Source: an uncultured virus (IMG/VR IMGVR_UViG_3300027754_000076)
Lineage: Duplodnaviria > Heunggongvirae > Uroviricota > Caudoviricetes
IMG/VR virus record: IMGVR_UViG_3300027754_000076
Length of the DNA stretch: 64,000 nt
Direction: 5' to 3' (one strand)
In this document: positions 45,730 to 54,945 of the stretch, one piece after another
Numbering within the stretch: position 1 is the first letter of the stretch
Layout: every line of letters begins with the position of its first letter
Notes under the pieces: generated by a model
What the model was told of the DNA's origin: nothing
Databases searched by the model: none
Seen by the model: only the letters and a program-made list of their open reading frames with translations
Made by a program: the position numbers and the translations under genes

Positions 45730-47070
45730 ATGCCAGACGAAATTGAGGGCGCATCAGCCGTCGCGTCCCCCTCACGCGAAAACCAAACACCAGAACCGTC
45801 ATTCCTTGATTCGATGGTGGACAACATGGCCACCACGGAATCAACCAGGATTCAACCGGGAGAAACACCCCCTGTTTCAACCAGTGACCCGGTGGAAGAA
45901 GCTCCAAGCGCAACACCTCCCGAAGCTGTTGAAAAGCCGGTTTCTAAAACTGAGGTTTCGGAAGAACCGGATGAACTTGGTATTTCCAAGCTGATTCCCA
46001 AGAAGAAACCGACACCGCCTCCAGTGGCTCCGTCAAAACCGGATGCAAAACAGGCCAAGGCGTCATCAGAAGAGAAAATCACATGGCAAAAGGCTCCTGA
46101 TAAACTTCGTGAAGCGTTTTATACGGCCAAGTCAAAGGCGGATGAACTGGAATCCAAGGTTGCCGCGTTGACCAAGGAAAAGGAAGAGTGGTCCAAGAAG
46201 TCCGCTCCCCCTGAACTTGAAGCCAAGTGGAAATCGGAAGTTGAAAACGAACGCAAACGCGCGGAGTCCGCTGAAGAAAACCTTCGCATCGTCTCCTACG
46301 AAAAGTCTCCAGAGTTTGAACGTGAACACATCAAACCGCTGGAGAAAGCCTGGACTGATTCGCTTCAGGAATTGGTGGATCAGGATATTGAAGTGGACGG
46401 TATTCCTCGTAAAACCACTTCGGATGATGTTCAAACTGTGGTCGGCATTGCCAACACGATTCAGGCGACCCGCAAGGCGCGTGAACTGTTTGGTCCCGAT
46501 GCTGTGCAGGCTGTTTTGGAATCTCGCACGAAAATTCGTGGGTTGATTGCAAAACGCGATGAAGCGGTTTCAACATGGCGAACCAAGGGAACCGAACATC
46601 AGCAGTCCAAAGCGCGGGAAAACGAAGAGTTGGAAGCACTCGGTAAATCCGTTTACGAGAATCGTTACAACGCCTACGCCAAGGAATACCCGGAAATTTG
46701 GGCACCGACCGACCCAAAGGAAAAGGAGGCGATGGACGCGGTGAAGCCAATAGTTGACGTAGCCCTGTTCGGACGCGGAGTTCCCAAGTTCGATACCACC
46801 AAGCAGGCGTATGACTTTTGGGGCAAGGCCAAGGCGGACGTGGCGGCGCGTGTGGCTGCCCTTCCGGTTGTCCTCATGCGAAACGCCACGCTCGCTGCAC
46901 AGGTCGAAGAGTTGCAATCGAAGCTCAAAGGCTACGACACCAGCGAGCCAACCGTTGGCAACAAGGGTGAAGGCGAAGGCCGCAAGGCTCCGCGCGGCAA
47001 GGAGTCCGGTGAATCAGGCGGGTTGGCATCCATGCTGGCTCAAATTGATGCGGCTCCTTCGTTGCGGTAA
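45730..47070 (+). CDS. Capsid scaffolding protein (putative)
   Basis: Pro/Glu-rich disordered N-terminus, coiled coil, after portal. Confidence 0.6.
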   Translation: MPDEIEGASAVASPSRENQTPEPSFLDSMVDNMATTESTRIQPGETPPVSTSDPVEEAPSATPPEAVEKPVSKTEVSEEPDELGISKLIPKKKPTPPPVAPSKPDAKQAKASSEEKITWQKAPDKLREAFYTAKSKADELESKVAALTKEKEEWSKKSAPPELEAKWKSEVENERKRAESAEENLRIVSYEKSPEFEREHIKPLEKAWTDSLQELVDQDIEVDGIPRKTTSDDVQTVVGIANTIQATRKARELFGPDAVQAVLESRTKIRGLIAKRDEAVSTWRTKGTEHQQSKARENEELEALGKSVYENRYNAYAKEYPEIWAPTDPKEKEAMDAVKPIVDVALFGRGVPKFDTTKQAYDFWGKAKADVAARVAALPVVLMRNATLAAQVEELQSKLKGYDTSEPTVGNKGEGEGRKAPRGKESGESGGLASMLAQIDAAPSLR

Positions 47071-47082
47071 CTCCGTTAAAAC

Positions 47083-47117
47083 AAAGACCCCCGGCCCATC
47101 ACTGGGCCGGGGGTTTG
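47083..47117. terminator. Bidirectional terminator
   Basis: acccccggccca-tcac-tgggccgggggt between convergent operons. Confidence 0.75.
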
Positions 47118-47135
47118 TCATATGCCATACTAACC

Positions 47136-47393
47136 TCAAATCGTATCCGCCATCACGTCAACCTGCATGATGAGCTCATTTTCCGCCGCTAGCAACTCAC
47201 CAATCGTAATGTGCTTTACGTTGGAGAACCCGGCAATGGCATCGGCAATAGCGGGTTCGTGGTCGGCTAAACTGCCAAGCGTTACGGACGCTAAACCAAC
47301 GTAAGGAATAGGTGCAAGCTGAATCAATGCACCAACGGTTTTTAGGACAATCTGAAGGTTGTTCAGCGGCGGTTTATCGGTGGGTAAGGACAT
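47136..47393 (-). CDS. Hypothetical membrane-associated protein (lysis region)
   Basis: Hydrophobic segment; overlaps the lipoprotein gene. Confidence 0.5.
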   Translation of the reverse strand: MSLPTDKPPLNNLQIVLKTVGALIQLAPIPYVGLASVTLGSLADHEPAIADAIAGFSNVKHITIGELLAAENELIMQVDVMADTI

Positions 47394-47727
47394 TTAGAAG
47401 TTCCCCTTTCATGGCCAGCAATTCAGCGACGTTGATTTCTGTGATTCCTGCGTTGACAGCCGCTTCGGCAGCTTTTATGGCAGTTCGATGGGCTGACTGG
47501 TAGTCCGATATGAGAACAGCAACCCGATCCCTTTCGGCCAACAGCGAGGGCGAAGAACCTTCGTTGGTGCGCCTCTGCTTCCATCCCGCAAGCCACGCTT
47601 GATAGGCGGCATTCAAAGCGGCATCGCCTGTATTGACGGTTGATAACGCAATGCGATCGGGAGGCGTCTGGCAGCCAGCGAAGGCCATTGCCAAACAGAA
47701 TAGCATGGCGAGTGTGAAGCGTTTCAT
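47374..47727 (-). CDS. Lipoprotein (spanin-like candidate)
   Basis: Signal peptide with lipobox FAGC. Confidence 0.65.
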   Translation of the reverse strand: MKRFTLAMLFCLAMAFAGCQTPPDRIALSTVNTGDAALNAAYQAWLAGWKQRRTNEGSSPSLLAERDRVAVLISDYQSAHRTAIKAAEAAVNAGITEINVAELLAMKGELLNVLTHR

Positions 47728-47945
47728 GGCTTGGTGATAACCGAGGTAGCGGAACGGAGTTCTTCAATCTCAGCCTTGAGTTTTGGGTCGGTGTTGGTGC
47801 CGCACCAGACCGCATTGATAATCCCCTTCAAACCACCTCCGTTACGGAGCGCATGATAGGCACGGGTCAGGTAAGGAGAAATAGCGATCAGGAAAAGCAG
47901 AGTCCCGCGATACTTCTCAGGAATGAAATGAATGATGTCGTCCAT
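47724..47945 (-). CDS. Small membrane protein (holin-like)
   Basis: One TM segment; lysis-region position. Confidence 0.5.
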   Translation of the reverse strand: MDDIIHFIPEKYRGTLLFLIAISPYLTRAYHALRNGGGLKGIINAVWCGTNTDPKLKAEIEELRSATSVITKP

Positions 47946-47946
47946 A

Positions 47947-48141
47947 TTAGGGGTTCTCCCGTTTGTCGCGGATGGCTTTGCGGACGATCAGCCACAGGCC
48001 GACCAGCGCGGCCAGGGCACCCGCGCCGTGGGCGATGAAGAGGAACAGTTCGTCGAACCCATGCACCCACTGGATCAGCATTCCCGAGATCAACATTGCG
48101 CTCCCTCCGATGGCGTCATGGTGTTCTTGCACTGGTTTCAA
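47947..48141 (-). CDS. Two-TM small protein (holin-like)
   Basis: Two hydrophobic helices and a basic C-terminus. Confidence 0.55.
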   Translation of the reverse strand: MKPVQEHHDAIGGSAMLISGMLIQWVHGFDELFLFIAHGAGALAALVGLWLIVRKAIRDKRENP

Positions 48142-48153
48142 ATCTTTCTTGGG

Positions 48154-48492
48154 TTAGGGATTGGCCAACAGAGTCGGCAACGCGGCCTGCAACTGTTCGC
48201 GGGCCTGCACCATTGCCGGGGCGATGGCGATGACCTCGGCCCACGTCGCATGGACTTCACGGAGCGGCTTGATTACCACCGTCGTCCCGCTGGGGCCGAC
48301 TTTGCGGGTGTATTCAAAATACTCCGCGACGGCGGAATACTCGCCCGTCTTATCGTCCTGCACGATATGCAGACCGCCAAGCGATTTCGTTACTGTGGTG
48401 GTCACGGTCTCGCTCGTTGAACTGACAATAATACCGTCTGCGATGACCGCACAAGCCGCCAGAGCGGAGATTATTAACATTGGTTTCTTCAT
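48154..48492 (-). CDS. Signal-peptide-bearing tailspike partner, paralog 1
   Basis: MKKPMLIISALAACAVIA-DG...QAALPTLLANP; paralog of 51476-51817. Confidence 0.75.
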   Translation of the reverse strand: MKKPMLIISALAACAVIADGIIVSSTSETVTTTVTKSLGGLHIVQDDKTGEYSAVAEYFEYTRKVGPSGTTVVIKPLREVHATWAEVIAIAPAMVQAREQLQAALPTLLANP

Positions 48493-48502
48493 AGTTGTCT
48501 TC

Positions 48503-51463
48503 TTAGTTTACAATTCGCAGTTGTCTAAATCCGGCCCCGGCACTGTCCGCCGCGCCGATTGTGACTTGGTAGAACGTGCCGTTGACATCGAGCCATAGCG
48601 CGGTGGTTGAGGCCGCTTTGTCATCCGTAATGCGGACCCGCTCCGTCATCGTCTGGAGCGTGGACGAGCTAGCGCCCGCCGTGGGAGTCGCCAACCGAAT
48701 CCATGAGCTGGCAGTTGATGCGTTTCCAGTGCCTTGACCCGAATGTATCCAGAGGTCGTTGCCCGCGATATTGGAGCCGCTGGCAATTTCTCCGGTCAGG
48801 TAGGCGTCAACCGGCGAGGCGTTGGCGGTATTACCAATCGTCATCCTCGGGTTTGAGCCGGTCCATTCCGCTCGATAAATACCTTTACCAGCCGTCTCGT
48901 CGTAGGCGTAAAAGCCGCCTGTGTTTCTAAAGCCAAGCGTGTTGAACCCACTACGAACAAACTGCATGATTGATACACCACCTGAGCCACCAGTAAAGGT
49001 CGCCACGTTTCCGCTACCAGTTGCACCGACGGCCAGCGTTCCGGCGTTGACCGCGCCGGATGCAGTAACCGCAGTGGTTGTCAATCCGCCCGTGAACGTC
49101 GCACTTCCATCGCCACTGAAAGTGTGAGTCGTCGTGCTGTTGGTCTGGATTCGCAGCAGTGCGGTGGTGCCTCCGAGCACGTTCAATCGCAATCCACTGC
49201 TGCCGTTGTTGGCCGTCGCGGTCAGAACTGGTGCGGTTCCCGTGAGATTAAGATCGGTCCCGGACACTGCACCCGACCCCGTAATGGTAGTGCCACTGAC
49301 CGGGCCGGAAGACGTGACCGCCGTAGTAGTAAGCCCGCCCGTGAAGGTTGCACTGCCGTCCCCGTTGAACGTATGGGTAGTGGTTCCGTTGGTCTGGAAA
49401 CGGACCAAGTTCGACGCGCCGCCGAGCACGTTTATACGAAGGCCACTGGTGCCATTACCTGCCGTCACGGTCAGAGTTGGCGCACTATTAGAATAAGCCA
49501 CGGTGCCCGTGAAGGTTGCGACTCCAGATACAGGATGACTGCCACCAAAAACCCCCTGAGACATCCAACTGTTTAATAGCCCTGCCGTAGAATCAGTCAC
49601 GTCATTCGTTGGGGAGTTGCCGAAGGAATTCATTGTCACGTAGTTGTAATATCCGGCGTTCGTGAACAGGACTCCGCCGAAACCACCTTGCACTGCTACG
49701 CTGTTTAGCGTGTTGCCGGTGGCTCCATCGAGCGTGACGGCGTAGGTGTTGCTGTTCGTCTCCGAATTGTAAGAGCCGTAATTCAGTGACGCGATCACCG
49801 ATGAAAACTGGTTGAGCGTCACGCCTGACCCATCAAGATAGATTCCCCCATCGCTCGACTGGTCGGCGCGCGTGCTGGAAAACACGTTGGCGTTAGCTCC
49901 GTCTGACATATACAAGCCCACTGCTGGGCCAACTGTTTGATACAGATTTCCCGACCCGGAAGACGCGTAGCTGGAAACATAGGCCCCGTTGGTGGCGTTC
50001 ATCCATGTCGGGCTTACCCCGAAGGTGGTGCTGCTCAGTTTAGTGACCCAACTTATGCCAGATTTCGTAAGCCCAGTCGGCATGGTGCCGTCAGTGACCC
50101 ATCGCACCGGGTCGCCAGTCTCCAGCCCGTGAGCATTGGCCGTGGTGAAGATTCCCGATGCGGGACCAGTTACCAGATGCGAACTGTTGGTTCGCACTGC
50201 GTTGTAGTTCATCGTGTTGTTGAAGAGGTTGTAAGCAGATGACGCCCCACCAATCCACAGTGTCGGACCCATGGTGCCACCAAATATAGAATCCGAAAAG
50301 ATGCTGTCGGCACTACCCCACAGAAAAAGCCCTTTTCCAAAACCTGTTTGGTCGCCGACCACCTGATTGCCCTCCCACTTGAGATAATTCAGGTCCATAA
50401 ACCGCGCGGAATAGCCTTTCGCTGCGAAAAAGGTGCAGTTGCGGACGGTCAGATTCCACTTGGCCGCAAAATCGAGAATGTCGCAGTTATAGGATGTCTG
50501 ATTAGACCCGTTCCCCATGAATACGATACCTTCTATGGAAGAAGACTGATAGACGGAATTGTAAGGTCCGCTTCCATCTTCCCATGTTTCATTAGCCTGA
50601 CGGACATATCCGTTCGTGGCATAATCGCCGATGAGCATCTTGCAGTTTGCGCCGTTGCCAAGACGCCAAACCGTTGAACCGGCGTAGAGTTTATTCGTCC
50701 CCGCAGCAACGGAAGTCACATCTGTAAATTTGTTATCATTTATACCCACCAGTGACGTGCGGATTGGCAGTCGGATGGTGGAATCAATCAGGTATTCACC
50801 GACACCAAAATACAGCACCCCGGAAGTCTGCGTGGTAAGATAGGCCAGTCCTGCTGTGATAGCGGTCACATCGGAAACGCCATCGTTGACAACCGCACCG
50901 AACATCTCAGCGGTAAGATTGCCAACGCCATTCCATATCAGCCGCCCGGTGCCCATGCCGGTCGCGGTGAAGATCGTGCCTAGGTTGGTAGTAAGAACTG
51001 ATGAGGCTGAGTAGTAAAAGGTAGCTCCGCCACCAGTTCCAGCGGTAGCCCGATCAACCGTCAACACAGCTTGACCATCACGTAAGCCTTTCAATGCCTG
51101 CATTGCAGCGACATTAGCGACGTAGATCGGCACGTTTACAGATGGAATCGTAACCTGCGCCCAAGCAAACCAGCTCGCGGGGCTAGCGATCAGCGTGGTC
51201 GTGTTGGTGCCAGTCCAACTTGCGCCCATATTCGTGATCGAATAGTTCGCATTCACTGATTGGACGAACACGGTAAGCGTGTAAGAACCGTTCGTGCTTA
51301 ACGCTCCATACGAACGCGGGTCCATCGCGGCCAACGTAGCTAGGGAGGTGGTGGAGCGGGAAGTGTTGATCTCGGAAGTGGCAAAGGCGGCGAGGCTGCT
51401 TAAAAAGAAAAGGATCGCCTTAATCAATTTGCAACGGGTGATTTTTGAACTCACAACATTCAT
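48503..51463 (-). CDS. Tailspike (pectate-lyase-like beta-helix) with phage-B N-terminus; 48503-50980 shared with phage A
   Basis: Signal-peptide-like start, GGGATFYY domain, FGAVVNDGVSDVTAI beta-helix cap, N/S/T/G-rich, internal ~60-aa duplication. Confidence 0.85.
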   Translation of the reverse strand: MNVVSSKITRCKLIKAILFFLSSLAAFATSEINTSRSTTSLATLAAMDPRSYGALSTNGSYTLTVFVQSVNANYSITNMGASWTGTNTTTLIASPASWFAWAQVTIPSVNVPIYVANVAAMQALKGLRDGQAVLTVDRATAGTGGGATFYYSASSVLTTNLGTIFTATGMGTGRLIWNGVGNLTAEMFGAVVNDGVSDVTAITAGLAYLTTQTSGVLYFGVGEYLIDSTIRLPIRTSLVGINDNKFTDVTSVAAGTNKLYAGSTVWRLGNGANCKMLIGDYATNGYVRQANETWEDGSGPYNSVYQSSSIEGIVFMGNGSNQTSYNCDILDFAAKWNLTVRNCTFFAAKGYSARFMDLNYLKWEGNQVVGDQTGFGKGLFLWGSADSIFSDSIFGGTMGPTLWIGGASSAYNLFNNTMNYNAVRTNSSHLVTGPASGIFTTANAHGLETGDPVRWVTDGTMPTGLTKSGISWVTKLSSTTFGVSPTWMNATNGAYVSSYASSGSGNLYQTVGPAVGLYMSDGANANVFSSTRADQSSDGGIYLDGSGVTLNQFSSVIASLNYGSYNSETNSNTYAVTLDGATGNTLNSVAVQGGFGGVLFTNAGYYNYVTMNSFGNSPTNDVTDSTAGLLNSWMSQGVFGGSHPVSGVATFTGTVAYSNSAPTLTVTAGNGTSGLRINVLGGASNLVRFQTNGTTTHTFNGDGSATFTGGLTTTAVTSSGPVSGTTITGSGAVSGTDLNLTGTAPVLTATANNGSSGLRLNVLGGTTALLRIQTNSTTTHTFSGDGSATFTGGLTTTAVTASGAVNAGTLAVGATGSGNVATFTGGSGGVSIMQFVRSGFNTLGFRNTGGFYAYDETAGKGIYRAEWTGSNPRMTIGNTANASPVDAYLTGEIASGSNIAGNDLWIHSGQGTGNASTASSWIRLATPTAGASSSTLQTMTERVRITDDKAASTTALWLDVNGTFYQVTIGAADSAGAGFRQLRIVN
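50854..50980. repeat. Exact 127-bp repeat, copy 2 (phage A/phage B junction)
   Basis: Identical to 1-127. Confidence 0.95.
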
Positions 51464-51475
51464 GTCTTTCTTGGG

Positions 51476-51817
51476 TTAGGGATTGGCCAGCAACGTCGGT
51501 AACGCTGTTTGCATCTGTGTCCGCATCGCACCGAGCGCTGGAATCAAGTTTGTCGCCGTGTCCCATGGCACTGTGGATTGCTTGAGCGCAGTAGCGGACA
51601 ACACGTTGATAGTGTCGCCGTCCACTGAACGGACCACGCGTTCGTAGTTCACGGTCACCGTGATCGCGCCACTCACTCGGTTCACATCAATCGTGGCTTG
51701 ACGCAGTTCGTCGGTGATGGTTTCGGTCACAGTCTTCGATGTGCTGCTAACGAGCAAACCGTCGGCCAGCATTGCAGTGGCGGCCAAGGCCGCGCAGAGG
51801 ATGAGTTTATTCTTCAT
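51476..51817 (-). CDS. Signal-peptide-bearing tailspike partner, paralog 2
   Basis: True start ATG 51817: MKNKLILCAALAATAMLA-DG...QTALPTLLANP. Confidence 0.75.
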   Translation of the reverse strand: MKNKLILCAALAATAMLADGLLVSSTSKTVTETITDELRQATIDVNRVSGAITVTVNYERVVRSVDGDTINVLSATALKQSTVPWDTATNLIPALGAMRTQMQTALPTLLANP

Positions 51818-51821
51818 AGAC

Positions 51822-54812
51822 TTAGTTCTTCTTGATTGCGGTCCAAACGTAGGTTCCGGCGTCCGTGGCGACAGTGGTGATAGTTGCACTTCCAGCCGAA
51901 ACGATGACATCCAGCGCGCCCGTGCGAACACCGCTGGAAGTTTGAACTGTCAGGTCAATCACCGTGCTAGTGGTGATCGCCGAGCTTGTGATTGTGTTCG
52001 TTCCGTTGACCAGCGTCACCGTGCCAGACAGCGCGTTGGCTCCGCTGGTAATGGTCAGCGTCTTGCCTGCGGTAGAGCCATTCAAGTTTCCGTAGAAATT
52101 CAGGTCAGGGTTGCCGGACGAATACGGGCTTACATACCAACCAGTCGAGACCGATGACGTGTTGTTCAGGTTGACCTGCGCTGTAAGCGATGCGCCGTTG
52201 GTTCCACCAACCAACCATGACTGCTCCACGGTGGAATAGATGCGTGATCCGCGCGCAAAGTATGAGCCGTTGTAACCATTAAACTGAATTGAACCTAGGT
52301 CGCCTGTAACAACTGTCGGCGAGGCATAAGTTCCGATGGCGTGGTTCAGTGATATAATCGGAGCCGTGGCCCCGTAGTTATAGAAGGCCGCAACCGGATT
52401 TTGCCCTTGGGCGTAAAACGAAGGAACGCCCCAGATTGTGTGCGTTGCGGAGGCAATGTTTCCAGATGCGCCCATGACGACATTTCCTGCGAGGGTGGCA
52501 GTAGTGCCGTTGGCGGTCAGGTTTCCAGTCAACGTGGTCGCTCCCGTGACTGCGAGCGTGCCGCCAACCGTGGCGGCACCAGCCACGGTGATCGTGCTGG
52601 GGAAGGTTGCCGTATTCAGAATGACCGCGTTGGCCGTGCTGTCGAATGCCTGCGATGAATACGGTCTAGAATAGGTGCCAAGGACGGTTCCGGCGACGAC
52701 TGGATAATTTCCTGCCGTTACCAGCGAAAGATTAAGCGTTCCACCCGCTTTGGCGTAGTCGCTTATCTTCACCGGGCCGATGCTCATGGACGACCCAGCA
52801 TAGTTGGGGTTGCACAGGGTCGCCGTGTAGCCCGGCCCGACGCCGGAACTGATAAGCTGCATCGCCCCGACACTCATCCCTCCCGCCGCCGATTGCTTGA
52901 AAATCTGATAACTGCCCGTGGATGTAATACACTCAAGATGAAGTTGGTCGAACGAAAGCACATTGGCTGACGAGTCGATGAATGGACCCGCCGGGAAATT
53001 GACATGCTCGAAGTCTGCACCAATAAACGAAACGGTGGTATTGACTCCGAGTTGTATGGGCGCTTCGGCAAGGATTCCATCCGCGAAGGCGATTGTGCCG
53101 GTAGTTCCGGTGATAGTTCCGGGGTCGGAGTTCATCGACAGGCCGATCTGATTGCCGCTGATCGTGCTGATGAAATAGCGGTTGTTGATCGCGCTCTGAG
53201 AAGTCGTCAGAGTGACCAGCAGGTTAGTGTTGAACACCGGAGGAATCGTGCCCGTAAAATACACTGTCAGATTCGTGCCCGCCGACTTGACAACGTTTGT
53301 TACCGTTACGCTGTTTGATGTTATGTTAGCGCCGCCTTGAAAGTATGGGTGGTTGAATTGAAGCGTGGTTCCAGCTCCGGGCCATTTAATCCACGCACGC
53401 TTGACATTGTTGACGTATAGATTGTTAAAGGTGTGCTGCCATGTGCTGTCCGTAGAAAGGCAACCAACGCTGTAATTATGGCCACTAAGACCAACTCCAT
53501 TCACCTCGTTTTCAGAACTAAGAGACTCAAAATAAACCCCGAAAGAGTTTGTTTCGGTTGAGGCAGGATTAGATAAAATGGTCAGGTAAACGTCTTCCAG
53601 TTTTGATTTGATCGTGTTGGCAGCGAAAACCCAGTTCGGACTGTTGGCGGTCGTGATTGTGATCGTGGTGGTTCCGGGGTCTTGATATTTCCCGCCCGCA
53701 CCCTTGAACCAAAGCCCGGCGCGGTTGGTCGGTGTCAGAGATGTATAAAAGTTTCCCGGCCCAGCCGCGAGCTTGGCAGTCACGCCTGCCGTGGATGCGC
53801 CATGATAGGCCAGCGCGTTGGTAAAGGCCGTGGCGTTGTCCGTCGCCCCGTCGCCGACGGCCCCATACCATTCGATGTAGGCCGGGCCGTTGTATTTCGC
53901 AAGGAATCGCCCGCTTCCCATTGCTGTGGCGACAAAGATTTCCCCAAGGTTAGCCGTGGCCGTCGATGACGAAGAATAAAGAAACAGGGGCATCTTGGTG
54001 TCGCCGGATGCGGTTCTGCCCTGCGGTTGCACAAGATCTCCGTTGATCAGGCCGGTCAATGCCTGCATCGCAGCGACGGTGGCGACTTGGCGCACACGGG
54101 CGGCTGCGGCCGCCGACGTGGTGGTCGCACTGGCCACGTCGGTCACGTCCACCGTGCCGCTGACGATGGACTTGGTGGTCGAGTGTTTGCCGATGATCTT
54201 GCCCGAGGTTACGGTCGTGCCAAGTTGCAACGATTCGAGCGGGACAAACTTCACCTGCCCCGTGGTCGGGTCGGTCAATACCGGGACCGCATTGGTGGTC
54301 AATGAGAAGCTCGCGATTTCCGGCGTGTTGAAATAGAGATTCGTGTAACTGGTGATAAAGAGATTACCGCCGGCGATGGTCGCGTCCTGCACGCCATACC
54401 AGTTGATATGGTTCGCCTGGCTGTTCTGGATGTAGTCGAAGTTTTGCAGCGAGAAGCTGCGCGGCCAGGTGCCGCCGCCGCCGCCGGGGATGCCGTCAAA
54501 GGTCAGGCTGCCGTTGGTCACGATGACCGTGCCCCAGATCTTGGGGGCGTAAAGCAGGGCGTTGGTGGTGGTGAGCCCATTGGTGGCGGCGACGGAATTG
54601 AGCGTCGATGCCAGGGTGAGCAGCGAGATTCCCTTGAGACCGTAGGTGGCGTCATCGAGGGCCACGCGGCCGTTGGTGGTCGTGGTGGTGGCGAGCGGGA
54701 GATCCTTGATGCGGGTCTGCGCGGCCACGCGCGGGCAGCCGGGCGCGAGCGCAGACAGGAGCACGGCGAGCCGGAAAATCCACGCGGAGAAAGGACGGAC
54801 GGCGCAAGGCAT
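51822..54812 (-). CDS. Second tailspike (beta-helix), phage B
   Basis: Signal-peptide-like N-terminus (..VAA-QTRIKDLP), VATVAAMQAL domain, WYGAVGDGATDNATAF. Confidence 0.85.
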   Translation of the reverse strand: MPCAVRPFSAWIFRLAVLLSALAPGCPRVAAQTRIKDLPLATTTTTNGRVALDDATYGLKGISLLTLASTLNSVAATNGLTTTNALLYAPKIWGTVIVTNGSLTFDGIPGGGGGTWPRSFSLQNFDYIQNSQANHINWYGVQDATIAGGNLFITSYTNLYFNTPEIASFSLTTNAVPVLTDPTTGQVKFVPLESLQLGTTVTSGKIIGKHSTTKSIVSGTVDVTDVASATTTSAAAAARVRQVATVAAMQALTGLINGDLVQPQGRTASGDTKMPLFLYSSSSTATANLGEIFVATAMGSGRFLAKYNGPAYIEWYGAVGDGATDNATAFTNALAYHGASTAGVTAKLAAGPGNFYTSLTPTNRAGLWFKGAGGKYQDPGTTTITITTANSPNWVFAANTIKSKLEDVYLTILSNPASTETNSFGVYFESLSSENEVNGVGLSGHNYSVGCLSTDSTWQHTFNNLYVNNVKRAWIKWPGAGTTLQFNHPYFQGGANITSNSVTVTNVVKSAGTNLTVYFTGTIPPVFNTNLLVTLTTSQSAINNRYFISTISGNQIGLSMNSDPGTITGTTGTIAFADGILAEAPIQLGVNTTVSFIGADFEHVNFPAGPFIDSSANVLSFDQLHLECITSTGSYQIFKQSAAGGMSVGAMQLISSGVGPGYTATLCNPNYAGSSMSIGPVKISDYAKAGGTLNLSLVTAGNYPVVAGTVLGTYSRPYSSQAFDSTANAVILNTATFPSTITVAGAATVGGTLAVTGATTLTGNLTANGTTATLAGNVVMGASGNIASATHTIWGVPSFYAQGQNPVAAFYNYGATAPIISLNHAIGTYASPTVVTGDLGSIQFNGYNGSYFARGSRIYSTVEQSWLVGGTNGASLTAQVNLNNTSSVSTGWYVSPYSSGNPDLNFYGNLNGSTAGKTLTITSGANALSGTVTLVNGTNTITSSAITTSTVIDLTVQTSSGVRTGALDVIVSAGSATITTVATDAGTYVWTAIKKN

Positions 54813-54831
54813 CTTAATGGATGCGGCGCGT

Positions 54832-54842
54832 GTATAGGGTCG
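54832..54842 (-). promoter_or_regulatory. CGACCCTATAC motif, copy 1
   Basis: Motif edge 20 nt from ATG 54812. Confidence 0.6.
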
Positions 54843-54856
54843 GGCGGCGGGGGAAG

Positions 54857-54936
54857 AAGTAATCAGTGGTCAGTGATCAGTGGTCAGTAAACAGTGGTGC
54901 GGCGGCTGATTACTGATTACTGATCACTGATTACTT
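54857..54936. repeat. Heptamer (CAGTGAT-like) repeats arranged as an inverted pair
   Basis: aagtaatcagtggtcagtgatcag...ctgattactgatcactgattactt. Confidence 0.8.
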
Positions 54937-54945
54937 CCCCTCTTC

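Noticed and set aside
1..50853. Genome-wide TAG recoding (genetic code 15)
   Set aside because: Long structural genes have no in-frame TAG, TAG appears to end genes at 11367, 12518 and 30590, and no suppressor tRNA was recognised.
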